Positions 28,379 to 37,321 of a stretch of 61,290 bases of DNA are shown in pieces; the first letter of the stretch is position 1, and every line of letters starts with the position of its first letter. A program made the translations under genes and the position numbers. The DNA comes from a virus. Its lineage: Duplodnaviria; Caudoviricetes. The DNA lies in IMG/VR virus record IMGVR_UViG_3300017788_000026, positions 1-61,290 of that record; one strand, written 5' to 3'. The notes under the pieces are model-generated. The model ran no database searches. It was not told the origin of the DNA and worked only from the letters and a program-made list of their open reading frames with translations.

Positions 28379-28716
28379 GTGTCTTTCCGACGATCTTTTT
28401 GCGCGGCTTTTTCTGCTTCATGGCGGTGTTCTGAGCACGCCAACATCGTGAAATGGACGGGGGCTACCCATCCCCTGCAGCCCTTGCCCCAGCCTATGCA
28501 GCATTTGCTGCACTGCATGATGTAGATGAAGCACGTTGCGCCGATTCCAAAGAATACGGACGCTAGCAGCACATTAGCCTTGGCGGCGAGTGCTGCTATG
28601 AGCAGTAAGCCGGCTATTACAGCCGTGCTTACTATGAAGACGAGCAGAGTGAAGAATGCCTCTCTCAGTGCGTCTTCACTGCGCTGCGTTGAACTCTTTG
28701 TAGAATGTGATGACAT
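28375..28716 (-). CDS. 2-TM protein with Cys/His-rich tail
   Basis: Two hydrophobic segments, then CC...C...CSEH. Confidence 0.6.
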   Translation of the reverse strand: MSSHSTKSSTQRSEDALREAFFTLLVFIVSTAVIAGLLLIAALAAKANVLLASVFFGIGATCFIYIMQCSKCCIGWGKGCRGWVAPVHFTMLACSEHRHEAEKAAQKDRRKDT

Positions 28717-29122
28717 TCTTGATCCAGTTCTTGTTGAGCCCGTGCGGATCGTTTTCTGCGCCTACGGGACAGTACTTGTTCCCAAGGAAGGTGATGAAGT
28801 CTTCCTTGCAACCGCTTGCCACCCAGCGGTCGTAGTTCTTTTGAACGGTGGCGGCGCACCAACCAGCTTGTTTCCGGTAGGTGTTGGCTTTTTTGTTAAG
28901 GATGCCAAACTCCTTACCCGCACCGCCGTTTTCGGCGTAGCGTATAGCGGCAACCACAGGCCGCAGCAGGTCGCGCAACTCAGGACGAATGTTCTCCTGA
29001 ATCGCCTCCTCGAAGGCGGCGGCGTTCGCCGCGCCGTCTTTCTTCTCTATTGGTGACTGCCCGAACGACAGCCCTACCAATGATACGACCGCCAACAAGA
29101 CGGCCCATAATCTAGTACGCAT
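28676..29122 (-). CDS. Secreted lysozyme-like/glucosaminidase-type peptidoglycan hydrolase
   Basis: Signal peptide; AIRYAENG (catalytic Glu candidate); KYCPVGAENDPHGLNKNWIKNV; AAGGAG RBS. Confidence 0.7.
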   Translation of the reverse strand: MRTRLWAVLLAVVSLVGLSFGQSPIEKKDGAANAAAFEEAIQENIRPELRDLLRPVVAAIRYAENGGAGKEFGILNKKANTYRKQAGWCAATVQKNYDRWVASGCKEDFITFLGNKYCPVGAENDPHGLNKNWIKNVITFYKEFNAAQ

Positions 29123-29289
29123 GTGTGACTCCTTTTTGATAGGGGGACTTGCATATATCTTATGCCATATTTGTTAACGTATTTGAGTATAAAGTCAGAG
29201 AACTCTGAAGGCAGGCCCGGCACTATGAAGAGAGACATGTTTTTTCTAATAAGATCAAGAATAATATTGTTTGCTGTTTGCGGGTTCAT
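29074..29289 (-). CDS. Microprotein, array B
   Basis: NMSLFIVP. Confidence 0.5.
   Translation of the reverse strand: MNPQTANNIILDLIRKNMSLFIVPGLPSEFSDFILKYVNKYGIRYMQVPLSKRSHTCVLDYGPSCWRSYHW
29158..29186 (-). promoter_or_regulatory. GGCATAAGA promoter-like motif
   Basis: CAAATATGGCATAAGATATATG 36 nt before hydrolase start. Confidence 0.65.
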
Positions 29290-29290
29290 T

Positions 29291-29518
29291 TTATGACAGC
29301 ATCTCGTCTGACGCCCGTCCGTAGAATGGTAGCACAGGGGGTAGTCGGGGGTTCATGAGTGTATTGACAGAATCACGGACGAAATCGTAGCTCTCGCGTG
29401 ATAAATATAGGTGCGCAGTATTCTTTATTATGTTAGTGAATAGTGTTGTATGAATTTTGTCTAGGCCAGAACATCTTTCCAATAATAAGACGAGCTCTTC
29501 AGTGTCACTCATAGTCAA
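29291..29518 (-). CDS. Microprotein, array B
   Basis: 75 aa, coupled. Confidence 0.55.
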   Translation of the reverse strand: MTMSDTEELVLLLERCSGLDKIHTTLFTNIIKNTAHLYLSRESYDFVRDSVNTLMNPRLPPVLPFYGRASDEMLS

Positions 29519-29738
29519 AAAATCGGGGCAGATCTGGGTGTCGCGGCTCCACGACCGGCGCCCTCACTGCGACCTGTTCACACACAAGATCCTCAATAAT
29601 GAGGTGATTGTAGTATCCCATTACAATACGAGGCACCCCTAGGTCGCTCCGGACAAGGCTACGCAATCTACCGGGTATCAGGCTCATATTTAAGAGCGCC
29701 GCCTCTAAGATGTGTTCTTGCTCTATAGGATGTGTCAT
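29505..29738 (-). CDS. Microprotein, array B
   Basis: LNMSLIPG resembles NMSLFIVPG of 29074-29289. Confidence 0.55.
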   Translation of the reverse strand: MTHPIEQEHILEAALLNMSLIPGRLRSLVRSDLGVPRIVMGYYNHLIIEDLVCEQVAVRAPVVEPRHPDLPRFFDYE

Positions 29739-29741
29739 TCT

Positions 29742-29960
29742 CTAAAGCTCGCTTCCGAAAGGATACACTGCTGCCGTAGCGACCGTGCGTCGATGAACAT
29801 TTGTTGCAATCTCATCCTCTATTCCGTCTTTTCTTGGATTTACATCATCTACTAAACGGGTTACTTTAACGTTAACAGCAAATATAGGGTAGCAGATCTG
29901 GTCTATAAGTAAGTCGTTGTCTATATGGTTCAGTGGTTTGTTGTGTGTTTCTACTGTCAC
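29742..29960 (-). CDS. Microprotein, array B
   Basis: ICYPIFAV. Confidence 0.55.
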   Translation of the reverse strand: MTVETHNKPLNHIDNDLLIDQICYPIFAVNVKVTRLVDDVNPRKDGIEDEIATNVHRRTVATAAVYPFGSEL

Positions 29961-30241
29961 AGAGGGAACAGCTCCTCTACTTCGCTGTCGTGTGGATTGA
30001 CAGGAAGGTCTAGTTCCATCTCAACCACTTCGTCTAGAATAAGGGTTCGGCACTCGACGATTTCTCGAAAAGAGCTTAAAAGTAGATTGTGCGGCGTGCC
30101 GTTTTGTGCGGCCGTACTGATTTGTCTATACGTGTCGCTAAGAGGGGCGCACGCCGCGGCCACGACGTTCTCTTTTTGCATCGCGCGGGCCAACATGATA
30201 TCGAAACTGTCCATGGTTTCCATCAATACCTTATGACGCAT
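29957..30241 (-). CDS. Microprotein, array B (real start probably downstream of the promoter motif)
   Basis: First codons overlap GTCATAAGG motif at 30229-30237. Confidence 0.55.
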   Translation of the reverse strand: MRHKVLMETMDSFDIMLARAMQKENVVAAACAPLSDTYRQISTAAQNGTPHNLLLSSFREIVECRTLILDEVVEMELDLPVNPHDSEVEELFPL

Positions 30242-30258
30242 TCTACTTCCATATTAGT

Positions 30259-30346
30259 AAAAAAAGAAGCCGTGCTGATAGGGGTGATATCAACAACGGC
30301 TTCCCCGGTAGGATGCATTAAGGCAACGGGCGCAAGTCCCGTTACC
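30259..30346 (-). terminator. Double hairpin ending in terminator
   Basis: GGTAACGGG/CCCGTTGCC then GAAGCCGT../..ACGGCTTC-T7; G-U wobbles fit - strand. Confidence 0.65.
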
Positions 30347-30355
30347 AAAATGATG

Positions 30356-30496
30356 CTACTTTTGAGGTACCGGCGCGGCGGGCTCCGGTAACCTCGGCGC
30401 TTCGGCCTGTTTGTGCTGTTCTAGCAGCGTGTCATTCACGGCAGCCAGACCAGCCAACGTAGCTTTTATAGCGATCAACAGCTCTTTATCTGTCAT
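30356..30496 (-). CDS. 46-aa hypothetical protein (not in ORF track)
   Basis: MTDKELLIAIKATLAGL...PVPQK. Confidence 0.5.
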   Translation of the reverse strand: MTDKELLIAIKATLAGLAAVNDTLLEQHKQAEAPRLPEPAAPVPQK

Positions 30497-30638
30497 TTTT
30501 TCATGTAGCGCCCTACCTAAACACCCACCAGCGAGGTGCTGGTGGTTTTGTGGCTACCCCATAAACTTGCCTACGGTCACAAGGTCATTAAGCAAGCTTG
30601 CTCTTGATTGCCTAAAAGCTATCATTTCATATCGGGTA

Positions 30639-30647
30639 TCTTATGAC
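30639..30647 (-). promoter_or_regulatory. GTCATAAGA promoter-like motif heading the 18.6-30.6 kb island
   Basis: TTGTCATAAGATAC at divergent junction. Confidence 0.65.
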
Positions 30648-30685
30648 AATAGTTCCTAAAAATTTGACACAGCGGGTGCATAACC

Positions 30686-31717
30686 ATGTTTAAAGTAGCT
30701 GGTGCGATAATTGACTGCTACGACGATCCTAAGTTCATGGTGAACTTTGAGGCGCACAAGTATTTAGGAAAGGAATTGCTGCCACCGGAAGATCTCGATA
30801 AGTTAGCGGACAATCAGTTTGCGCTAAAAATAACGGGATCCGGTCCGACTGTCAGACGTTACCCGGTCTACAACCAATGGATAACTAAGGTGTCCTGCGC
30901 CTATTTTTTAGATAAGAAGGACGGACTACCTGCTGAAATGATCAAAGCGGCTAGCTACGGGTTGGTTAACGCGTGTAAGCGTTATCAGCTCGGTATCCCT
31001 ACCGGGCTAGAGGCCGAGAAAGTTGGTTCTATAACAACGAGCCTAAATAAGGTCGCTTCCTATCCTGCCATTAAGGCAGATGATGAGCTAGCTAAGGCCT
31101 TGGCTAAAAAAGCTGAGGCTGTGTTGTATAAGATGACCCCTGTTGACCGTGTTCTATTAGCCAATGAATTGCATAAAGTAGCGGCCACCCAGTACTCGGA
31201 AGCTCTTAGCGAATATGTGGTTGACGGCTATAACCCTAATCTGGCCAAAGAGATACAGTCGAGACTCATTCTGATTAAATCTGCTTCTGATCAGAATACG
31301 GCCTACCTGGCTTCTGCGGTAGAGCGTCTATTGGCTGATAAGGACACGATGCACCCCCTTGAGTTCGCTACAGCCTTAAGTGATATAGACAAACAGGCTG
31401 GGTTAAAGGATCGGTACAAGAAAGGCGCGGGCGGCGGTATAAAAGACGCCTTTAGTGCGACCCTGGGCGGAAAGGGCGCTAAGGATAAAGATGTTCCTAT
31501 GGAGCACGGCTCTCCAGTTAATGGCGCTCCTGCGGAGGCCGGCGAGCCGGTTACTAAAGAAGCCTCTGAAAAAATGACTGTACTTGAGCACCTGACTAGC
31601 CTATCAAAAACATACCCAAGAAATTCTGGGGAGTTTGTGAAGGCGGCTAGTTGGCCGGTACCGACTGAGTACGGTAAAACCTACACATCGGCATGGAAGG
31701 CTTATTTCAAATCATGA
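30686..31717 (+). CDS. Probable head/scaffold protein with repeated KxA motifs
   Basis: KVA, KAA, KVA, KKA, KVA, KSA, KQA, KEA, KAA. Confidence 0.55.
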   Translation: MFKVAGAIIDCYDDPKFMVNFEAHKYLGKELLPPEDLDKLADNQFALKITGSGPTVRRYPVYNQWITKVSCAYFLDKKDGLPAEMIKAASYGLVNACKRYQLGIPTGLEAEKVGSITTSLNKVASYPAIKADDELAKALAKKAEAVLYKMTPVDRVLLANELHKVAATQYSEALSEYVVDGYNPNLAKEIQSRLILIKSASDQNTAYLASAVERLLADKDTMHPLEFATALSDIDKQAGLKDRYKKGAGGGIKDAFSATLGGKGAKDKDVPMEHGSPVNGAPAEAGEPVTKEASEKMTVLEHLTSLSKTYPRNSGEFVKAASWPVPTEYGKTYTSAWKAYFKS

Positions 31718-31971
31718 ACTTCCAAGAAGCCTTTTTTGATGAGTTAGAGAAGATTGCTGCTAGCAGAAGCGATAACTGGGAAGCATTGAGAAATTCTTCA
31801 TTAAAGAACACTCATATGCTCAATAAGCCGACTACAGGGCGATCAAGTAGACTCTCAATAGAATCTGCGGCGCGGCGATCTATCGGACCCCGCCCTAATG
31901 TTCGCCAACCAGTTCGCCCCAGCTCTGTTATACGAAATGTCAGGATGATGCCTAAACAAGGAGTATCATGA
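31714..31971 (+). CDS. Leader-family basic protein
   Basis: MNFQEAFFDELEKIA. Confidence 0.75.
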   Translation: MNFQEAFFDELEKIAASRSDNWEALRNSSLKNTHMLNKPTTGRSSRLSIESAARRSIGPRPNVRQPVRPSSVIRNVRMMPKQGVS

Positions 31972-32228
31972 ATTTCCAAGAAGCTTTTTTTGATGAATTA
32001 GAGAAGATTGCTGTTGATCCTACTTTACTAGGTCTTACGGCCGGAGCGAGTCTTGCAATTGGTGGGGCACAGGTTGGTCACCAGTATCATAAGTACAGAA
32101 AAGCGCGTAAAGCGATACTTGAACAACACCCTCACATTGCTAAAAATCCGAAAAAGCTAAAAAAGCTAGAGACACGTTTAAGAAAGAGGATGATCCACGG
32201 ACCTAGTGCTTTTTTCCTTGCAGGGTAG
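31968..32228 (+). CDS. Leader-family protein with hydrophobic segment
   Basis: MNFQEAFFDELEKIA. Confidence 0.75.
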   Translation: MNFQEAFFDELEKIAVDPTLLGLTAGASLAIGGAQVGHQYHKYRKARKAILEQHPHIAKNPKKLKKLETRLRKRMIHGPSAFFLAG

Positions 32229-32240
32229 ACGGAGAATTAG

Positions 32241-32579
32241 ATGAATTTCGAACAAGCATTTTTTGATGAGTTGGAGAAGCTAGCCGGTGTTAAGCGATTA
32301 ACCAGAATAATGAACTCTGTGGCTAAGAGTACTGATCCGCTTTCTATGACCTCCGGACTAGCTGCAGCCCACGACGTAGCTAATAAAAAACTCATCCGCA
32401 GAGTAGAGCGCCTCCCAAACCGTAAGTTCTTTGCGACGATGGGCGCGTCCGACCGTGGGCATAATAGTAACCTAAGTACCCCAACTCCGGCAAATAAGGC
32501 GTTTAGAGAATACTATAACCACGGCAAGGCTTCTAGAATGCTTCAGAACCGGCAAACAGATTTTTTAAAAGGACAGTGA
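32241..32579 (+). CDS. Leader-family basic protein
   Basis: MNFEQAFFDELEKLA. Confidence 0.75.
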   Translation: MNFEQAFFDELEKLAGVKRLTRIMNSVAKSTDPLSMTSGLAAAHDVANKKLIRRVERLPNRKFFATMGASDRGHNSNLSTPTPANKAFREYYNHGKASRMLQNRQTDFLKGQ

Positions 32580-32580
32580 T

Positions 32581-32766
32581 ATGAATTTCCAAAAAGGCTT
32601 TTTCGATGAGCTAGCAAAAGAGGCACAAGGCTATGCTCCTCCGGCTATGTACGGTGGGTTTAAGCCTGCCGGCATAGCATCAAAGTCTGGTCTACTGTCT
32701 AAGTTTAAGGCGGCGGTGAAACGTAAACTACCTAAGGCTATGAAAAAGCCTCTTCGCCTGAAGTAG
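32581..32766 (+). CDS. Leader-family Lys-rich protein
   Basis: MNFQKGFFDELAKEA. Confidence 0.75.
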   Translation: MNFQKGFFDELAKEAQGYAPPAMYGGFKPAGIASKSGLLSKFKAAVKRKLPKAMKKPLRLK

Positions 32767-32767
32767 T

Positions 32768-32959
32768 ATGGACTCGTTTGTTGCTGGATTCATGAGTAAG
32801 TTAGCGGTGGACAACGGGTCTTGGCGTGCGGCGGTACGCGCTGCTAAGGGCGGCGCCGACTCTTCTTACGTAGGAAGCAACACCGGCGGCTACATGCCCC
32901 CCGCAGTTGTTCAAAGCTTTTACAGGAACTCCAGGGGCCGCCAAAATTCGATCGCTTAG
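32768..32959 (+). CDS. Leader-variant protein, possibly frameshifted (may extend to 33062)
   Basis: MDSFVAGFMSKLA; C6 run at 32897-32902. Confidence 0.55.
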   Translation: MDSFVAGFMSKLAVDNGSWRAAVRAAKGGADSSYVGSNTGGYMPPAVVQSFYRNSRGRQNSIA

Positions 32960-33080
32960 ATTAGCCAAATGGCGTAAGCTGACCTACAAACATAACAGAC
33001 CGCCGTTAAGCTCTCGCATAGCGGACGGTGTCGGTAAGATGATCTCTCCTTCAGCATACTGATTGGGTTAGGTGTGTAAT

Positions 33081-33425
33081 ATGAACTTCCAACAAGCCTT
33101 TTTTGATGAGCTATCAAAGCTCGCCGCCATGCGCGACTACCCTGATCCCAAAGATGCTGCGGCAGATGAGCGGCATTGGAAAATGCGGCGTAATTGGTCC
33201 ACGGCGGCAGGCGCGCTTGGCGTACTACCAGCGACGCTCACTGCGCGTAAGGGAAGAAAGCTGCGCACGCTCGCGGGCGCTGCGATAGGAGCTTCTATAG
33301 GCGCAGCCGCCGGCGGACCAGGCGCGATGGCCGGGGGCGCCATAGGAGCGCGTCTAGCGCACGGCGCGTACGACAGGGACGCCAGTGCTCGTGTGATGCG
33401 CGAGCACCTCGCTAAGAAGAAGTAA
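33081..33425 (+). CDS. Leader-family protein with glycine zipper
   Basis: MNFQQAFFDELSKLA; GAAIGASIGAAAGG. Confidence 0.75.
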   Translation: MNFQQAFFDELSKLAAMRDYPDPKDAAADERHWKMRRNWSTAAGALGVLPATLTARKGRKLRTLAGAAIGASIGAAAGGPGAMAGGAIGARLAHGAYDRDASARVMREHLAKKK

Positions 33426-33865
33426 TGCCTTTTAAATCAAAAGCACAGCAGCGTTTCATGTTTGCTGCAGAAGCTAAGGGCGAGCTAAAGCCAGGGACGG
33501 CTCGTAAGTGGGCGCACGAGACAAAAGACATAAAAGCTCTTCCGGATCATGTTAAGAGGGCTTTTATGATAGGTGTCGTTAATGAGCTGAATAAGCTGGC
33601 GACGTATAAATCACCTAAAGACGCCCCCGATTTCAAAACAATGAAGGCCAACAGAGTTAAGCTGACGCCAGAGGAGCGGGCGCTGGTCATGGAACGCAAG
33701 GCTGTCTGGCACTTTAACCACGCCGGCCCGTCTCCCGCTGTTTGGAAATCGGTCGTTAACGGTAAGGCCTGGTTTGTAACTAACACCCATCGCGCCTATA
33801 ATGTATGCCCAACAGTTAATGGGGCTATAGGCAGGTACCATGCCTTCATAAAGAGCACAGCATGA
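33425..33865 (+). CDS. Phage protein with internal leader-like motif
   Basis: MPFKSKAQQRFMFA...KWAHET; internal AFMIGVVNELNKLA. Confidence 0.7.
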   Translation: MPFKSKAQQRFMFAAEAKGELKPGTARKWAHETKDIKALPDHVKRAFMIGVVNELNKLATYKSPKDAPDFKTMKANRVKLTPEERALVMERKAVWHFNHAGPSPAVWKSVVNGKAWFVTNTHRAYNVCPTVNGAIGRYHAFIKSTA

Positions 33866-34443
33866 ACTTCCAACAAGCATTTTTTGATGAATTAGAGAAG
33901 GTCGCAGTAAAAGCCGGTGGTGTAAGTTTTCGTCCATTCAATACCGATAAGCCTAGGATATTTCGTCAACTACGGCCAACACTTACAGAGGCGGTACAAA
34001 GAACACCGGTAGTTCGGGCGGCAAGACAACTTACCAAAGTGTTTAATCATACAAAAAATCGGGCCGAGGCTCAAAAAGATATAAATACGGCAGTAACCCA
34101 CGCTGGTCGTAAGCTAACCGACGCGGCGGGTAAAAGCATCAAAAGTAGGCCCGATGTATTTATAGGAGGTCTTGCTATACCAGGGAGACGTGTAGCAGCC
34201 ATAAATATGGCTAACAGGCACGGTGTTGTATCAGACGAATCTGTAAAGAGACGAGCAACCATAGCTCACGAAGCTTTTCACGCTAGAAATCCTATATTAG
34301 GAAGAAGTGAAACTTTAGCACATGCTTATGGTGGATGGCGTAAAACTAAAGGGGCATCTTTAGGGACGAAGGTTAAAGACGCTGTCTCAGGTATACGCAA
34401 ATATAGAAGCTTAAAAAACGAAGGGACATACCCGGAATCATAG
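33862..34443 (+). CDS. Leader-family protein with HExxH motif
   Basis: MNFQQAFFDELEKVA; TIAHEAFHA...SETLA. Confidence 0.7.
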   Translation: MNFQQAFFDELEKVAVKAGGVSFRPFNTDKPRIFRQLRPTLTEAVQRTPVVRAARQLTKVFNHTKNRAEAQKDINTAVTHAGRKLTDAAGKSIKSRPDVFIGGLAIPGRRVAAINMANRHGVVSDESVKRRATIAHEAFHARNPILGRSETLAHAYGGWRKTKGASLGTKVKDAVSGIRKYRSLKNEGTYPES

Positions 34444-34475
34444 GTTCCTGGGTAAAATAGTAGTATACTTAGGAT

Positions 34476-35093
34476 ATGAAGGAATTGTTCCGATCAAAGC
34501 ATATCCGCCCGGAAGCCTATAAGATCCTCCTAGATAAGGAGTTTGGCGCTGAGTGGGTATCGTGGGAGCCCGAGACACTCAGAAGTGAGATATCTCGGGT
34601 ATTTGGCGTTAATGTCACGGAAGAGGTAGATAACAAGATAAGCGCGTTGCGCGTTCTTTTGACTACCCCGCATTTTTACGTCGACGCGTCCGCTTTTGAG
34701 AACATCGTGCTGGCTATGAACGATCTCTTTGTAGATCCAAATATCCTTCAAATAGCCAGCCCGGAAGAGATCGTATACGCCCTAAAGATTATAGACCCGG
34801 TATCGCCGCATAAGCAGTCCTTTGGAAAAGAGATCGTGGCTTATGTCAATGTTGCTTGTAAGCAGGTGGGGTTACTTAAATACCCAGCGGAGCTAGCCTT
34901 CGCTCAGCCCGCGTACACCGGCGACCTTGCTGCCTTAATAGGTAAAATAGAACCAAAACAGGCCGATCCGGGCAGAATAGATCAAACAGATGCGGTGCAG
35001 GTACAGTCGTTTAAACTGTATCAGATACAGGAATATGTTGCCGCAAAAATGAGCATGATGAATCCGGCTAGTTTTGAGGCCTCCTCCCGCTAA
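34476..35093 (+). CDS. Hypothetical phage protein (head module)
   Basis: Globular 205-aa ORF, WEPETL motif; TATACT 6 nt upstream of ATG. Confidence 0.7.
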   Translation: MKELFRSKHIRPEAYKILLDKEFGAEWVSWEPETLRSEISRVFGVNVTEEVDNKISALRVLLTTPHFYVDASAFENIVLAMNDLFVDPNILQIASPEEIVYALKIIDPVSPHKQSFGKEIVAYVNVACKQVGLLKYPAELAFAQPAYTGDLAALIGKIEPKQADPGRIDQTDAVQVQSFKLYQIQEYVAAKMSMMNPASFEASSR

Positions 35094-35110
35094 TTCAGAA
35101 AGGTTCGCAA

Positions 35111-37321
35111 ATGGCTGTACAAACGGTTATCTTACTATCTACTAACACGATCAGCAATCCCAAGATAGTGTCTGTTGGGGTTATAACGACCCCGCCGTTC
35201 GCTGTTATTGCGAAAAACAAAAGCACGGACAGATCGATGTGGTATGTTGTGCACAATACCACAACTAACACGCTGTCCAACGCAATCGCCATCGCTCCTT
35301 CAGGTACAGCATATATACGAACCGAGAACTACGGGTCTCCTAATGACGCGCTGTCTCTTAGAATGTACCACTCGGGGGCCGGTCGTATAACGGTTACGCT
35401 ACGCCAGTACTTTGCCCCTGCGCAGGGACAGGGCGGGGGCGGTGGTGGCGGCACGGTCATCCCTCCGTCTAACATAGCGACCACGGGGCTATCGTCCGCG
35501 TTCGGTCCTGAGTGGGGCGGGGAGGTTCTGACTATAACAGGCACTGGCTTTTTAGCCAACCCCATACAATCTGTACGCTTTGGCAATACAGCTGCTACGT
35601 TCACGACGGTCAATGACAGTACACTACGTGTTACTACGCCAGCTGGAACACAGAACTCTGTTGTGAATGTGGAGGTGATTCCTTCTGCAGGACCTACGGG
35701 CGTACTGTCTGCCGCATACACATACTCGGGATGGACCAATCTTGTACCGAAGGCGACAAGCCGGTTAATCTATGTTAGCTCTTCAACAGGTAACAACGCC
35801 AACTCAGGCTTTAGCCCGAACGCCGCCAAACAAACAATCAGAGGCGCGACAGGTGCTTTTGCTCTTCTAAGAGCGAATCAACCCGACTGGTTAATGCTTA
35901 GGGCCGGCGACGTGTTCCGATCACCTATAGGTGGATTTGAGAACATATATGGGGGAGCAAGCCCGAACGCCCCGATGGTGATAACAAGCTACGGCGTCGG
36001 CGCCCGTCCAATCATGCGCCCGTCGCCTGATAGTACGGGCATATTCCTACACAATTTCAATCAGCAAATCACCCGCAACATAGCTGTTGTTGGGCTTAAT
36101 TTTGATTGGACGAATACAGCAAGAACGCCGGGTAATGCTATACAAACCAGCACCCCGTTCTCTAATATCCTGATCGAAGATTGCCGCATAAGTAACTTCG
36201 CTACAGGTATTAGCATATCGTGCCCGCCTGGATCGTCCTCAGGACTGAAGATTCGCCGCAACGTTATCACTGAGTGCTGCGGTCAGCCGGGCGTTGATGG
36301 TCACGGTATCTATCTACGAGCCACGTTCGACAACGCTATAGTAGAAGAGAACGTACTGGACCACAATGGTTGGTCAACTATATTCCCGAATTCCGGTTAC
36401 GGGCAGAGTAACCGTAAGCACAACACGTACTTCCAGATAACCCAGCGCGTCATAGCTCGCGGTAACATCATTTCCCGCGCTTCTAATACGGGCTTAGGCC
36501 TGAGAAGCGGCGGTATTGCTGCGGATAACTTCTGCATGCAGAACTCGACAAGCATCTTGTTCGGCGCTAGTGATGGTACGAACTACACGTCTGGCGGCGT
36601 CACTGGTAGCGTATACCGCAACGTTGTGTTTGACGGAAAGAACATCACCAATGTCGTGTCCGGTCAGGTAGGTAATGACCAGGGCTGGGGTATCGTAGCC
36701 CAGAACGTACTGTCCGGAGTAATCCGCGACAATATGCTGGTGCACAACAAGACCGGCCTATTCCCGATAGGTATGGTTTTTAGCTCTAAGATAGACGGGG
36801 CTAGCATACCTTCTGTTGGCCTAGTTTCTTTGACTGTAAACAACAATCTCATACACCAATGGGGTCAGGACGTTGATATCGAGGGGCCGGGCGGAAGCAG
36901 AGCGGACATAACGTTCCGGGATAATCTAATAAATGAGCCGGTGGCGGGTCCTGGCGGTTCGACACGCTTTGTGATAGACATAGATAACGCCGGCATCTTT
37001 AACCCCACAGATTTCAAGTCCTCCAATAACCTATACCGCAGAGGATACGGCAACTCGTCTTGGTTCATTAACGGCGCTACACAATACACGTTGGCGCAAT
37101 GGTCAAGCTTGCTGGGGGATACAACCTCTTACACGGCGGTTCCGACCTTTACATCACCTACGGTGTCTCCGGTGGCTTACTTGATAACCGTGGGTGTATC
37201 GACGCCTTCGCCGGTGGAGTTCTTGAACCTAGCTAAGCAGAATAGCAAGGCTTCGTGGAATCAAAACTACACCGCCTGGGCTATAAACAAATTCATGAGA
37301 GTAGGATTTAACAGAGTCTAA
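35111..37321 (+). CDS. IPT/TIG plus right-handed beta-helix protein (depolymerase-like)
   Basis: GPEWGGEVLTITGTGF...RVTTPAG; YVSSSTGNNANSG; repeated IRRNVI/VEENVL/ARGNII rungs. Confidence 0.75.
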   Translation: MAVQTVILLSTNTISNPKIVSVGVITTPPFAVIAKNKSTDRSMWYVVHNTTTNTLSNAIAIAPSGTAYIRTENYGSPNDALSLRMYHSGAGRITVTLRQYFAPAQGQGGGGGGGTVIPPSNIATTGLSSAFGPEWGGEVLTITGTGFLANPIQSVRFGNTAATFTTVNDSTLRVTTPAGTQNSVVNVEVIPSAGPTGVLSAAYTYSGWTNLVPKATSRLIYVSSSTGNNANSGFSPNAAKQTIRGATGAFALLRANQPDWLMLRAGDVFRSPIGGFENIYGGASPNAPMVITSYGVGARPIMRPSPDSTGIFLHNFNQQITRNIAVVGLNFDWTNTARTPGNAIQTSTPFSNILIEDCRISNFATGISISCPPGSSSGLKIRRNVITECCGQPGVDGHGIYLRATFDNAIVEENVLDHNGWSTIFPNSGYGQSNRKHNTYFQITQRVIARGNIISRASNTGLGLRSGGIAADNFCMQNSTSILFGASDGTNYTSGGVTGSVYRNVVFDGKNITNVVSGQVGNDQGWGIVAQNVLSGVIRDNMLVHNKTGLFPIGMVFSSKIDGASIPSVGLVSLTVNNNLIHQWGQDVDIEGPGGSRADITFRDNLINEPVAGPGGSTRFVIDIDNAGIFNPTDFKSSNNLYRRGYGNSSWFINGATQYTLAQWSSLLGDTTSYTAVPTFTSPTVSPVAYLITVGVSTPSPVEFLNLAKQNSKASWNQNYTAWAINKFMRVGFNRV

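Noticed and set aside
20480-30241. Short ORFs as fragments of long genes under stop-codon reassignment
   Set aside because: Neighbours overlap in different frames, use all three stops and have their own starts; long + genes read normally in the standard code
20480-30241. CRISPR or integron-like array suggested by roughly 200-bp periodicity
   Set aside because: No recurring DNA repeat or attC-like palindrome between units; no cas or integrase gene
30259-30346. tRNA gene
   Set aside because: No cloverleaf or T-loop consensus; only two hairpins
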